A stretch of DNA of 36,910 nucleotides from IMG/VR virus record IMGVR_UViG_3300028549_001682; one strand, given 5' to 3'. Positions 24,494 to 32,612 of this stretch are shown here, one piece after another (position 1 is the stretch's first letter; each line of letters starts with the position of its first letter). A program made the position numbers and the translations under genes. This DNA comes from a virus. The notes under the pieces were generated by a model. That model had not been told where the DNA came from and did no database searches. It was given only the letters and a program-made list of their open reading frames with translations.

Positions 24494-25878
24494 ATGGAAA
24501 ACTACCACCCCAAGACAACAACTTAGAGATGTCGGTATTAGGCACAATAATAGCCTATAAGGATTCAATATACCAAGCTTCACAAATATTGAAGCCAGGA
24601 ACATTTTACAATCCAATGCACAATTTTATATATGATGCAATACTTGATTTGTGCGGTCAAAGAAAACAGATAGATATACTTTCAGTCACAAATTATTTGC
24701 GTGAAAAAAATCATCTCGATTATTGCGGAGGTGCTTATTATATTTCGCAACTTACCTCAAATATAAGTTCCGGCTCTGGGCTAGAAGATCATTGCAAGAT
24801 TCTTTATGAAATATTTCTTAAAAGAACAATGATTGAATTATTGATGAAATCAGTCCAAAAACTTGATAGCAATTATGAAGATGATATTTTTGAAGCTTAT
24901 AATAATTTGAGTGCCGAAATGAGTCAATTATTTGAACTATCTTTAAGTTCTGATTATCACAACATGATTGATGTTATAAGCTCAAGATTGAATGAAATAT
25001 CTGAAATAAAACCAGATCAAAATAATATAATAGGAATTGATTCAGGATTTTCAAAGCTTAATAATTTTGCAAATGGATTCCAACAATCGGATTATATTAT
25101 TATTGGCGCTCGCCCTTCAATGGGCAAAACTATAATAGCTATTTTGATAGCAAAAGCAGCGATATTTAACTCAAAAAAGAAAGTATTGTTCTTTAGCCTT
25201 GAAATGGACAAAAAAAGAATTGCAGACCGTATTTTAGCTATTGAAAATAATATTGATTCAAAAAGAATATCATCAAACCGGTTGACCGATATTGAATGGA
25301 AAGAACTTGATAATTCCATGGATTTATACAAAAACAAAAATTTCTTTATTATTGACAGCTCAAATTTGAGCATTGAGGATATTAAAGCTCGGGCAATAAC
25401 ACTTCATAGAAAATTTGGTATTGATGAAATAATTATTGATTATATTGGATTAATTAAACATTCATTCCCTAAAAAAAATACGGTCGAAAATGTTACACAC
25501 ATTAGCAAAAATATCAAATCTTTGGCAAAGGAAATTAAATGCCCTGTTATTGCACTTTCTCAACTTAACAGAGCCGGAAATGATATGCCAGTCATGAAGG
25601 ATTTAAGAGATTGTGGGAGCCTGGAGCAAGATGCCGATATAGTTTGGTTATTACACCGCGAAGATTACGAGGGCAAAGAATGTGATAGTGATTCAAAAAA
25701 TGTGATTATCAATATAATTGCAAAAAACAGGAATGGAGAAATAGGATCATTTTACACTTATAGGAATGATAATTGGAGCTATATTGGAGAAACTCAGTAT
25801 GATGATTTTAAGAGTTTAGCAACTTCAATGCCATTCAATTATTCAAACGGAATAGAACAAAGTGACGATGTGTTTTAA
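24490..25878 (+). CDS. dnaB: Replicative DNA helicase DnaB
   Basis: It has a DnaB N-domain pattern (PPQDNNLEMSVLGTII...FYNPMHNFIYDAI), Walker A (GARPSMGKT) and LSQLNR. Confidence 0.9.
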   Translation: MNGKLPPQDNNLEMSVLGTIIAYKDSIYQASQILKPGTFYNPMHNFIYDAILDLCGQRKQIDILSVTNYLREKNHLDYCGGAYYISQLTSNISSGSGLEDHCKILYEIFLKRTMIELLMKSVQKLDSNYEDDIFEAYNNLSAEMSQLFELSLSSDYHNMIDVISSRLNEISEIKPDQNNIIGIDSGFSKLNNFANGFQQSDYIIIGARPSMGKTIIAILIAKAAIFNSKKKVLFFSLEMDKKRIADRILAIENNIDSKRISSNRLTDIEWKELDNSMDLYKNKNFFIIDSSNLSIEDIKARAITLHRKFGIDEIIIDYIGLIKHSFPKKNTVENVTHISKNIKSLAKEIKCPVIALSQLNRAGNDMPVMKDLRDCGSLEQDADIVWLLHREDYEGKECDSDSKNVIINIIAKNRNGEIGSFYTYRNDNWSYIGETQYDDFKSLATSMPFNYSNGIEQSDDVF

Positions 25879-25972
25879 TTATGAATATTCAAACGAATTT
25901 CAAGAAATAGAACAAATACCATTTTAATACCAAATTTCAAAATAAACCTTAACTGACCTGCATTGAAAGAAT

Positions 25973-26218
25973 ATGAAAAATAAACAAAGCAACTCGGATT
26001 ATGCCTCAAATGTCGAAAAGTGCATAAAGCAAATTATCAAAGATGAAGAAAAAATAAAATATAAATCAAATTCAGAAAGACAAGCATATCAAAAACAATT
26101 ATCTTTGACTATAAAAAAAGCTTGTAAAGATTACAATTTAAGCGAAAGAAATATTATTACAATTTATTACGGATATTTCAATACTAACTTAATAAAAACA
26201 AACTATGAAAAAAACTAA
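25973..26218 (+). CDS. Hypothetical protein
   Basis: 81-aa ORF with an ATG start. Confidence 0.5.
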   Translation: MKNKQSNSDYASNVEKCIKQIIKDEEKIKYKSNSERQAYQKQLSLTIKKACKDYNLSERNIITIYYGYFNTNLIKTNYEKN

Positions 26219-26354
26219 AAGATGTGTTCTTACTGGATGGTATAGAAGATCCTTTTGGATCTCCTATTATGGAAAAAAAAGCGAAGGCTGGAAAGAAGTA
26301 GTATATCCATATCAAAATTTATTTGGGCGGTGGAAATGTGTTCTTGAAAAATAA
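26205..26354 (+). CDS. Possible 49-aa basic, Trp-rich ORF
   Basis: Hand translation gives MKKTKRCVLTGWYRRSFWISYYGKKSEGWKEVVYPYQNLFGRWKCVLEK. It overlaps the previous ORF by 14 nt. Confidence 0.3.
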   Translation: MKKTKRCVLTGWYRRSFWISYYGKKSEGWKEVVYPYQNLFGRWKCVLEK

Positions 26355-26356
26355 AA

Positions 26357-26406
26357 TAAGGTTATAGCCTTAAAATATAACAAATTTTTAAGGTTATAGC
26401 CTTAAA
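26357..26406. repeat. Two copies of the 18-mer TAAGGTTATAGCCTTAAA (near-palindromic core AAGGTTATAGCCTT), 32 bp apart
   Basis: Copies lie at 26357..26374 and 26389..26406. They are followed by 2 x AACAATTTAG (26410..26419 and 26421..26430). Confidence 0.9.
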
Positions 26407-26434
26407 TTGAACAATTTAGTAACAATTTAGCAAA

Positions 26435-26836
26435 ATGGATAGAGACCCAAAAATATACGAAAAAGCAAGAGGACATAATTTTAAAAATCATCCTGAAAAT
26501 ATAAACAGGAAAGGACGTAAGAAAAAGATTTATACAATCCTTAAAGAGAAAGGTTTTGGCGGTGAAGATATTAAAATCGCATTTGGAGAACTTGCTTTCT
26601 ATTCAATGAAGGAACTTGAATCGGTTAAAAATGATGAATCAAAGCCTATAATTGCCAGAATTATTGCAAAGCAATTTTACGAGGCACTGAATAAGTCAGA
26701 CTGGTATAAAATAAAAGAAATTTTGGAACATGTGATTGGCAAGCCTCAACAAAATGTAGACATCAAAACCGATGGTGAAAAACTTAATCAGCAAGAAACA
26801 AAGGTTGTTTTTGTAAATGCCAGAAAAAATAAATAA
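26435..26836 (+). CDS. Putative terminase small subunit
   Basis: 133-aa basic protein (NINRKGRKKK) immediately upstream of terL. The call is positional. Confidence 0.5.
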   Translation: MDRDPKIYEKARGHNFKNHPENINRKGRKKKIYTILKEKGFGGEDIKIAFGELAFYSMKELESVKNDESKPIIARIIAKQFYEALNKSDWYKIKEILEHVIGKPQQNVDIKTDGEKLNQQETKVVFVNARKNK

Positions 26837-26838
26837 TA

Positions 26839-28248
26839 ATGGAATTTAAGCCTCTTGATGTATATGAACCATTATATTTTACTCCAAAAAATGTAAGGTA
26901 TATATCATGTTGCGGTGGCCGTGGGGCTGGAAGGTCTCACAATTCGTCTGAATATTTGATTTTCAAGATAACAAGAAAAGTATACTTTCGTGCTTTAATT
27001 GCAAGAGCTTATTATTCAGACCTTAAAAAAACAACATGGCTGGAATTTTTGGATAGGATAAATTCAACTGAAGGACTTGATATTGAAAATTTTGAAATAA
27101 ACAACACCGAAAAAATAATAAAATACAAACCCACTGGCAACACAATAACCGGAATAGGATTCCATAAAGCAGCAGGTAATAGAAAAGCAAGCCTTAAAGC
27201 CTTTGCAAATGTTACAGATTTACTGATTGAAGAGGCTCAGGAACTGACAGAGACGGAACTTAATCAAATTGATGATAGCCTCCGAACAACCAAAAGCCCA
27301 ATAAAGATAATTTTTGCTTACAATATGCCTGAAAAAAGCCATATTCTCATGAAAAGGTTTTTTGATTTGCAACCTGTTAATCTGGTTTGTGGAAATGGAA
27401 TCAAGCACGAAGGATATTGCAAGGCTATTCCAAAATCGGAGCGTGATGACCATATAATGATTTTTTCTACTTACCACGATAATTATGAAAATCTTGATAA
27501 GCATACTATTGAAAATTACGAACGTTACAATTTTGAAAACCCGGAACATTATTTTACCGAAATTTTGGGGCTTGTTTCAGGCGGTGCGAAAGGTGTAATT
27601 TTTAAATATGAAATAAACTGGTTCATATATACCGAACTCCCAGATATTGATTTTTATGAAACATACGGATTGGATTTTGGCGGTGGAGGTGTCAATGGAA
27701 ATAGGAACTGTTATCCTGATATGTTCCAATTTGATGAATCTGACGGGAGTTCTACAACAGTATTGGTCAGGCTGTTAATTAACAAATCTTCAATGAGTTG
27801 CTATGTTAAATTATTACTATACAAGGCTTACATTTCACCTGATGAACTTAGTAAAGCTTGCCAGCATTTCACAATTGAGCCAGACGGCAATTTCTTTAAG
27901 AAAAAAAATATTCTCGCAGATAATGCCAGGGCTGACAAAATTCGGGACTTGATAAATGATGGACTTAACGTTATTGGTGCAAAGACAAAAGAAGGTGGCT
28001 CTAACAAGGTAGTAACTGGAATAGACATCATGAAAAAATACAAGATTTTTTTTCTTGAAACTGATATTCCATGCCACATGGATGCAAACAATTATAAATG
28101 GGAGGTATCTAATATAACAGGAGAATTAACAGGTAATCATGTCAAGAAATTTGAAAATGTTATTGATGCTATCAGGTATCCTTTAGTTAATTTTGATTTA
28201 TATCACTGGTCTGTTATTGGAATTTTTTTTTATATTTGTAGTGCCTAA
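26839..28248 (+). CDS. terL: Terminase large subunit (Terminase_3/PBSX-like)
   Basis: Walker A-like CCGGRGAGRSH, Walker B LLIEEAQE, and a C-terminal nuclease motif VIDAIRY. Confidence 0.9.
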   Translation: MEFKPLDVYEPLYFTPKNVRYISCCGGRGAGRSHNSSEYLIFKITRKVYFRALIARAYYSDLKKTTWLEFLDRINSTEGLDIENFEINNTEKIIKYKPTGNTITGIGFHKAAGNRKASLKAFANVTDLLIEEAQELTETELNQIDDSLRTTKSPIKIIFAYNMPEKSHILMKRFFDLQPVNLVCGNGIKHEGYCKAIPKSERDDHIMIFSTYHDNYENLDKHTIENYERYNFENPEHYFTEILGLVSGGAKGVIFKYEINWFIYTELPDIDFYETYGLDFGGGGVNGNRNCYPDMFQFDESDGSSTTVLVRLLINKSSMSCYVKLLLYKAYISPDELSKACQHFTIEPDGNFFKKKNILADNARADKIRDLINDGLNVIGAKTKEGGSNKVVTGIDIMKKYKIFFLETDIPCHMDANNYKWEVSNITGELTGNHVKKFENVIDAIRYPLVNFDLYHWSVIGIFFYICSA

Positions 28249-28330
28249 CTCGGAGTAATTAACTGAGGAAAATCGGAAGCGATAACCGACGGCATTACTT
28301 CTTTTATCGCATTATTAAATTATCGCAAAT

Positions 28331-28618
28331 ATGCAAACAGAAACATGGATAGATATACCTAGATATTTTGGATATAAAGTATCAAATTTTGGTAATGTAA
28401 GAACTTTAAAAAAGAAAAGAGATTTAATATTAAAACCATTTAAAAGCAATAGTGGATATTTATTTGTAAGATTATTTGTTAATAGAAAATTTTATAATAG
28501 ATACTTGCATTCCTTAGTTGCAATAGCATTTCTTGATCACGATCGTATATTGTCAGAATTGATTATTGATCATATTGATGGCAATAGATCGATTATTCAG
28601 GCTTTGTTTTTTAAATAA
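28331..28618 (+). pseudogene. NUMOD4/HNH_3-type homing endonuclease remnant (truncated)
   Basis: It has WIDIPRYFGYKVSNFGNVRTL (NUMOD4-like) and HSLVAIAFL...DHIDGNRS. The ORF then ends before the distal Asn/His of the HNH motif. Confidence 0.5.
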
Positions 28619-28624
28619 CAAATT

Positions 28625-29002
28625 ATGGAAATAAAGAAATTTGAAAGTATTGATTTTGTCAAGGAAAATATGACAAGTATGGATTTTGCAAATGCAGTGG
28701 GCAAAATGCACAAGAATATTCTTAGGGATTTGCGTGAAATGTCTGTAGCATGGGAAAAAGTAACTGGGCTCAAATTTGAGCTCAATGAGTATAAAGATAG
28801 TATTGGACGTACTTTGCCAGCCTATAACTTATCAAAACCAGAAATATTATTTATTGCTTCTAAGTATGATGACGAATTAAGGGCAAAAATCATAATAAGG
28901 TTAATGGAATTAGAATTAACTCAAAAAAGAATGATGCAAGCTCAATTGGATTACTTTTGGGGTAAGTCAGATCAAAACGATATTTATAATAAGCAATTAT
29001 GA
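28625..29002 (+). CDS. Rha-family (Phage_pRha-like) regulatory protein domain
   Basis: MTSMDFANAVGKMHKNILRDLREM...GRTLPAYNLSKPEILFIASKY fits the pRha pattern. It is in the same frame as the upstream remnant, separated from it by one TAA. Confidence 0.65.
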   Translation: MEIKKFESIDFVKENMTSMDFANAVGKMHKNILRDLREMSVAWEKVTGLKFELNEYKDSIGRTLPAYNLSKPEILFIASKYDDELRAKIIIRLMELELTQKRMMQAQLDYFWGKSDQNDIYNKQL

Positions 29003-29586
29003 AAATAAGAATAAACAACAAACAGACAAAAATAAAACCAGCTTCGGAGCTTACTGTAAAAGAGTATATTGAATTGTTTGACCGGCTCAATGAAAAGAGT
29101 ACTGAAATTGACATTTTTACGAACTATGTTTCAATAGTAACTGGCTATCAGGTTTATACTATTTTGAAGCTTAATTTTGATACTCATTCTTTCAGAAGAC
29201 TTACGGCTTACATAGGTGAAATCTATGCACCGAAATCATTTCCCGAACTGAAAACTTTCACATATCTAAAAACTGGAGAAATTTTCTTTCAAAAGAAAAT
29301 CGAATGGCGAACGCTTGGAATTAGAAAACTTTTGGAAGCAAAAAAAAGCGATAACCAGCTCGAATTAGTTGTTTATCTTTTATCGATAATTGTTTCAAAA
29401 GATTATGATTCTGATACTATTGAGGAAATATACAGTGAATTGATGGATTATAGGGCTACAGATATGTACGGTTTTGCTGTTTTTTTTTTCAAAAAATTAA
29501 TGAGTGGTTCAAAACACGAGACGAACTTTTTAAGATTGCTACTGAAAAAAGTTTCAACAAACATTCAGAAATTATCAAACAAATAA
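28999..29586 (+). CDS. Hypothetical late protein, zero-frame product of a possible frameshift gene (tail-assembly-chaperone-like organisation)
   Basis: 195-aa ORF that contains a T10-C-A6 run 32 codons before its stop. Confidence 0.6.
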   Translation: MKIRINNKQTKIKPASELTVKEYIELFDRLNEKSTEIDIFTNYVSIVTGYQVYTILKLNFDTHSFRRLTAYIGEIYAPKSFPELKTFTYLKTGEIFFQKKIEWRTLGIRKLLEAKKSDNQLELVVYLLSIIVSKDYDSDTIEEIYSELMDYRATDMYGFAVFFFKKLMSGSKHETNFLRLLLKKVSTNIQKLSNK

Positions 29587-29771
29587 CTGGCAAAAGACTA
29601 TACAGATATAGCATTATAAGCGAGATTGAATTTGTATTGGAAAAAAGATTTGCAAATAATATCCATGATGCTTTGAAAATAGATGATGCTTACTTAACTT
29701 TGTCACAATGCTCCGAAATTGAAAAACAGGATATTGAGATGAAAATTAATGAACAACTCACAGCAAAATGA
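29490..29771 (+). CDS. -1 frame extension (93 codons) reachable from the T10 slippery run
   Basis: The -1 frame is open from 29454 to the TGA at 29769..29771, and that TGA overlaps the next ATG. Translation gives QKINEWFKTRDELFKIATEKSFNKHSEIIKQITGKRLYRYSIISEIEFVLEKRFANNIHDALKIDDAYLTLSQCSEIEKQDIEMKINEQLTAK. Confidence 0.45.
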   Translation, partial: QKINEWFKTRDELFKIATEKSFNKHSEIIKQITGKRLYRYSIISEIEFVLEKRFANNIHDALKIDDAYLTLSQCSEIEKQDIEMKINEQLTAK

Positions 29772-30247
29772 ACCTATTCGCAATAATTCAAAGCACACTT
29801 GATACGCTTAACAATGATTCTGAATTGTTTATTTTAGAACGTGCAAGGGCTGAAAATGCAGAATTGGAACACACGAAAAGCGTTATAGTCATATATCCTG
29901 AATGGAAGACTGATAACAAGTTAAGCGAAGGCAATGAACTAATCAAAACAAGAACTTATCAAATTGATTTCAAAACTCCTGATGAATTTGACAATTCCGA
30001 TAACAATCTTTCAACTTCTTACAATAGCATTACTTCAGTAGACAGAATTGAATCTATGGAAATATTAGCTGATTCGATTTTTTCAAAAATTAATGCAAAC
30101 AATGGCCTATGGCCTGAAATTACTAAGAAGCTTCAATGGAAGGTTCTTAATCCAATTTTGAGGGCAAACAATGGCACCATGTCCGGGGTTTCAATTCAAT
30201 TAACAGTAACATTTTCAGGAACAATAATATGCAATTATGGCACTTGA
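29768..30247 (+). CDS. Hypothetical virion protein
   Basis: 159-aa ORF with an ATG start. Confidence 0.6.
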   Translation: MNLFAIIQSTLDTLNNDSELFILERARAENAELEHTKSVIVIYPEWKTDNKLSEGNELIKTRTYQIDFKTPDEFDNSDNNLSTSYNSITSVDRIESMEILADSIFSKINANNGLWPEITKKLQWKVLNPILRANNGTMSGVSIQLTVTFSGTIICNYGT

Positions 30248-30692
30248 TACGGAAATAGTAGGATTAAAATCAATAGTCTTGTATGTCAATGAAGGAATAG
30301 TTATACACCGTCCAGACATTACGAAAAAAGACCGCGTAGAATTTACAGGCAATTCTCTTGGATCTGTTACTGTTTCTGAAATAAATCAATATCCAAAATG
30401 GCAAAGGGAATTAGATTATTCAGGAAATTATAGAATACAGTTTGATGACAGTTTTTCTTTTTTTTTGCATGGAATAAATAATGAAATTCCAGAAATATTG
30501 CAAGAAATTAGAAACAATAGGCTTGGATATATAGCTGTAATTACTACAATTGACAATTATTGTTATGTATTCCCAACACCTGTTTTCATTGACAAAAAAA
30601 ATACAAAAAAGGAAAATTCAAATAGTTCTGAAGTTGTACTCTCATATAGAGTTCCAACTTTTGAAAATAAACTAATAATTTCAGGCATATAA
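30237..30692 (+). CDS. Hypothetical virion protein
   Basis: 151-aa ORF that overlaps the upstream gene by 11 nt. Confidence 0.6.
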   Translation: MALDTEIVGLKSIVLYVNEGIVIHRPDITKKDRVEFTGNSLGSVTVSEINQYPKWQRELDYSGNYRIQFDDSFSFFLHGINNEIPEILQEIRNNRLGYIAVITTIDNYCYVFPTPVFIDKKNTKKENSNSSEVVLSYRVPTFENKLIISGI

Positions 30693-30716
30693 ATAAATAA
30701 TAATGGAGGCGAAACA

Positions 30717-31337
30717 ATGACAGAAGTAGATCCTATTTTTACAACGTGGCTAAATTCAACTCCGCCCGCTTATCCTAGTGATATTCCTAGTATAACAGGA
30801 TTAGAAGCAACTGAAAATAAGGATGCTTCAAACGGATATGTAGGGCTAACATTATACGCACATAATTTCTGGAATGCAGCAAAAACATTCCTAACAACGG
30901 TTATTGGAACAGCAACAGAAACAAGAACTATTCTACTGCCAAATGCGAGCGGAACACTAGCATTAACAACTGATATAGTAAACAGCCGCTTACAATCCTA
31001 TACAACAACAGCAACCGCAACAGGAACGACTACCTTAACCGCTGCATCCAATTTCATGCAGTATTTTACTGGCACATTGGGACAAATTATTGTAATGCCT
31101 GATGTTACGACTTTAGTTTTAGGTTTTCAATTCAAGATAATCAATAACAGTACACAAGCTTTGACATTAAATTCAAGCGGTGGAAATTTGATTATTTCTT
31201 TGGCAGCTGGTAGCGAAATAACATTGACCTGCATATTGATAACAGGTACAACCGCTGCAAGCTGGTCAAAATTGGCCGAAGCTGTCAATATTCCAGCAAG
31301 TGAGAAAGCCGTAACAATCGGAACTACTGGATTATAG
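30717..31337 (+). CDS. Tail fibre-like protein B
   Basis: It has the fibre-type motif LLPNASGTLALTTD and Thr-rich repeats. It shares a 63-aa module with the junction-spanning fibre. GGAGG lies 7 nt upstream of its start. Confidence 0.7.
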   Translation: MTEVDPIFTTWLNSTPPAYPSDIPSITGLEATENKDASNGYVGLTLYAHNFWNAAKTFLTTVIGTATETRTILLPNASGTLALTTDIVNSRLQSYTTTATATGTTTLTAASNFMQYFTGTLGQIIVMPDVTTLVLGFQFKIINNSTQALTLNSSGGNLIISLAAGSEITLTCILITGTTAASWSKLAEAVNIPASEKAVTIGTTGL

Positions 31338-31349
31338 ACTAGCTATGAT

Positions 31350-31670
31350 TTGCAAGCTCATATAATTGCAGTTGGGACATTGGCATCTCAAAGCTGGGTA
31401 ACTGGTCAAGCAACTTACACAGGATTGCAGGGACAATGGACGGCGGATGCAAATTACAAATATGATTGTATTGCTACAAACATTTGGATAAGGACACCAA
31501 TCAATGAAGCAAGGTATGATAGCAAATTGAACGATGTTCATTACGTAATTGACAGAGAAACAAGCAATTCTTACATATACGTAGTATACATATACCCTTC
31601 ACATCAAGGATTATTTGATATGATTAATGCCGCTTACGGATACGAAATTATTAAAATTGAAACAAGATGA
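31350..31670 (+). CDS. In-frame continuation of fibre B, or a separate TTG-initiated ORF
   Basis: It is in the same frame as 30717..31337, and only the TAG at 31335..31337 intervenes. There is no ATG until codon 91 of 106. The N-terminus AVGTLASQSWVTGQ is fibre-like. Confidence 0.5.
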   Translation: MQAHIIAVGTLASQSWVTGQATYTGLQGQWTADANYKYDCIATNIWIRTPINEARYDSKLNDVHYVIDRETSNSYIYVVYIYPSHQGLFDMINAAYGYEIIKIETR

Positions 31671-31807
31671 ACACTTTAAGGGTAAAAGTAGTGAGGGATT
31701 CAACAGGTGTAGGGGCAGATACATATAATGATGACCTAGGAATAGATTATATCGATGTTCATTATATAACAAATAGAAATGGCAGTTTAAACGAAGCAAG
31801 CGATTAA
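31667..31807 (+). CDS. Possible 46-aa ORF
   Basis: ATGA overlap with the upstream stop. Hand translation gives MNTLRVKVVRDSTGVGADTYNDDLGIDYIDVHYITNRNGSLNEASD. Confidence 0.3.
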   Translation: MNTLRVKVVRDSTGVGADTYNDDLGIDYIDVHYITNRNGSLNEASD

Positions 31808-31859
31808 CATGGAAACAATAATCAAAATAAAGGATAAAAAATTAATTAAATAAGAAAGG

Positions 31860-32612
31860 ATGAGCGACACAATTCTAGTGACTTTTATAGTGCAAATCTT
31901 TGGTATTATAGGCTTTTTCGCCAAATCGTGGAGCGACAAAAGAGCAAACCAAAAAGAAACAACTACCAGGGATAAAAATTTCCAACTGAAGGTATTAGAA
32001 ATCCAATCTGAAAATACTAATATCAACATGGAATTGATAGAAATTAAGGATATGCTGAAAACCCATATAGTAGATAATGATTTCCAGTTAAAATATAAAA
32101 ACGCTCTGCAAAACAGAGCTACTCATGAACTTTACAAGCTTCAAAACCTTTCAACGCAGCATCAATTGATATTGTCTGCATGGAATGAAATAATAGAAAA
32201 ATTCGGGATTAAGTGGTATTATTCAGATTTGAGAAAAGATCAAAAGGACAAAAAAGCGAATGGAGAAAAAATTCAAACTGTAAAAAAAGATATACAAGAT
32301 ACATTAACTCATGAAATAAATCTAAAAATTGAGTTCATGGACAAAATAATCCGGCAAAATATTACATGCCCAAAAATAGTCCAGGCATCAAAGATGTATT
32401 TCGATGAGTTCATCAATGGCAAAAGAGAAAATCTAATGCCTATCCACTCACGAACCGAACTTTTAATTTTAGCCTTGGCCGAAAATGGACTATCAAATGA
32501 TGGGTATATTGATTTATTTGAAAATTATCTGATTGAATTCTATACAAATTATAAAAGAAAATTGGACATTTGGCAATCAATCCCATGTCCTGAATATCAA
32601 GATATAGACTAA
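31860..32612 (+). CDS. Membrane-anchored hypothetical protein (N-terminal TM helix)
   Basis: 250 aa. ILVTFIVQIFGIIGFFA is a TM segment, followed by a helical soluble domain. TAATG coupling to the next gene. Confidence 0.6.
   Translation: MSDTILVTFIVQIFGIIGFFAKSWSDKRANQKETTTRDKNFQLKVLEIQSENTNINMELIEIKDMLKTHIVDNDFQLKYKNALQNRATHELYKLQNLSTQHQLILSAWNEIIEKFGIKWYYSDLRKDQKDKKANGEKIQTVKKDIQDTLTHEINLKIEFMDKIIRQNITCPKIVQASKMYFDEFINGKRENLMPIHSRTELLILALAENGLSNDGYIDLFENYLIEFYTNYKRKLDIWQSIPCPEYQDID

Noticed and set aside
28249-28330. The 82-nt gap after terL was examined for a tRNA or small RNA.
   Set aside because: There is no T-loop (GTTCGAATC-like) or acceptor-stem pairing. Only a 7-bp GCGATAA/TTATCGC stem with an 18-nt loop is present. 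There is nothing I can support as an RNA gene.
31335-31337. Genome-wide TAG reassignment (alternative genetic code) as the explanation for the in-frame TAG in fibre B.
   Set aside because: TAG ends other genes exactly where neighbouring genes begin (3284..3286, 6446..6448, 23746..23748). All other large genes are intact under the standard code. No suppressor tRNA gene is visible. Only local read-through, mutation or error remains plausible.
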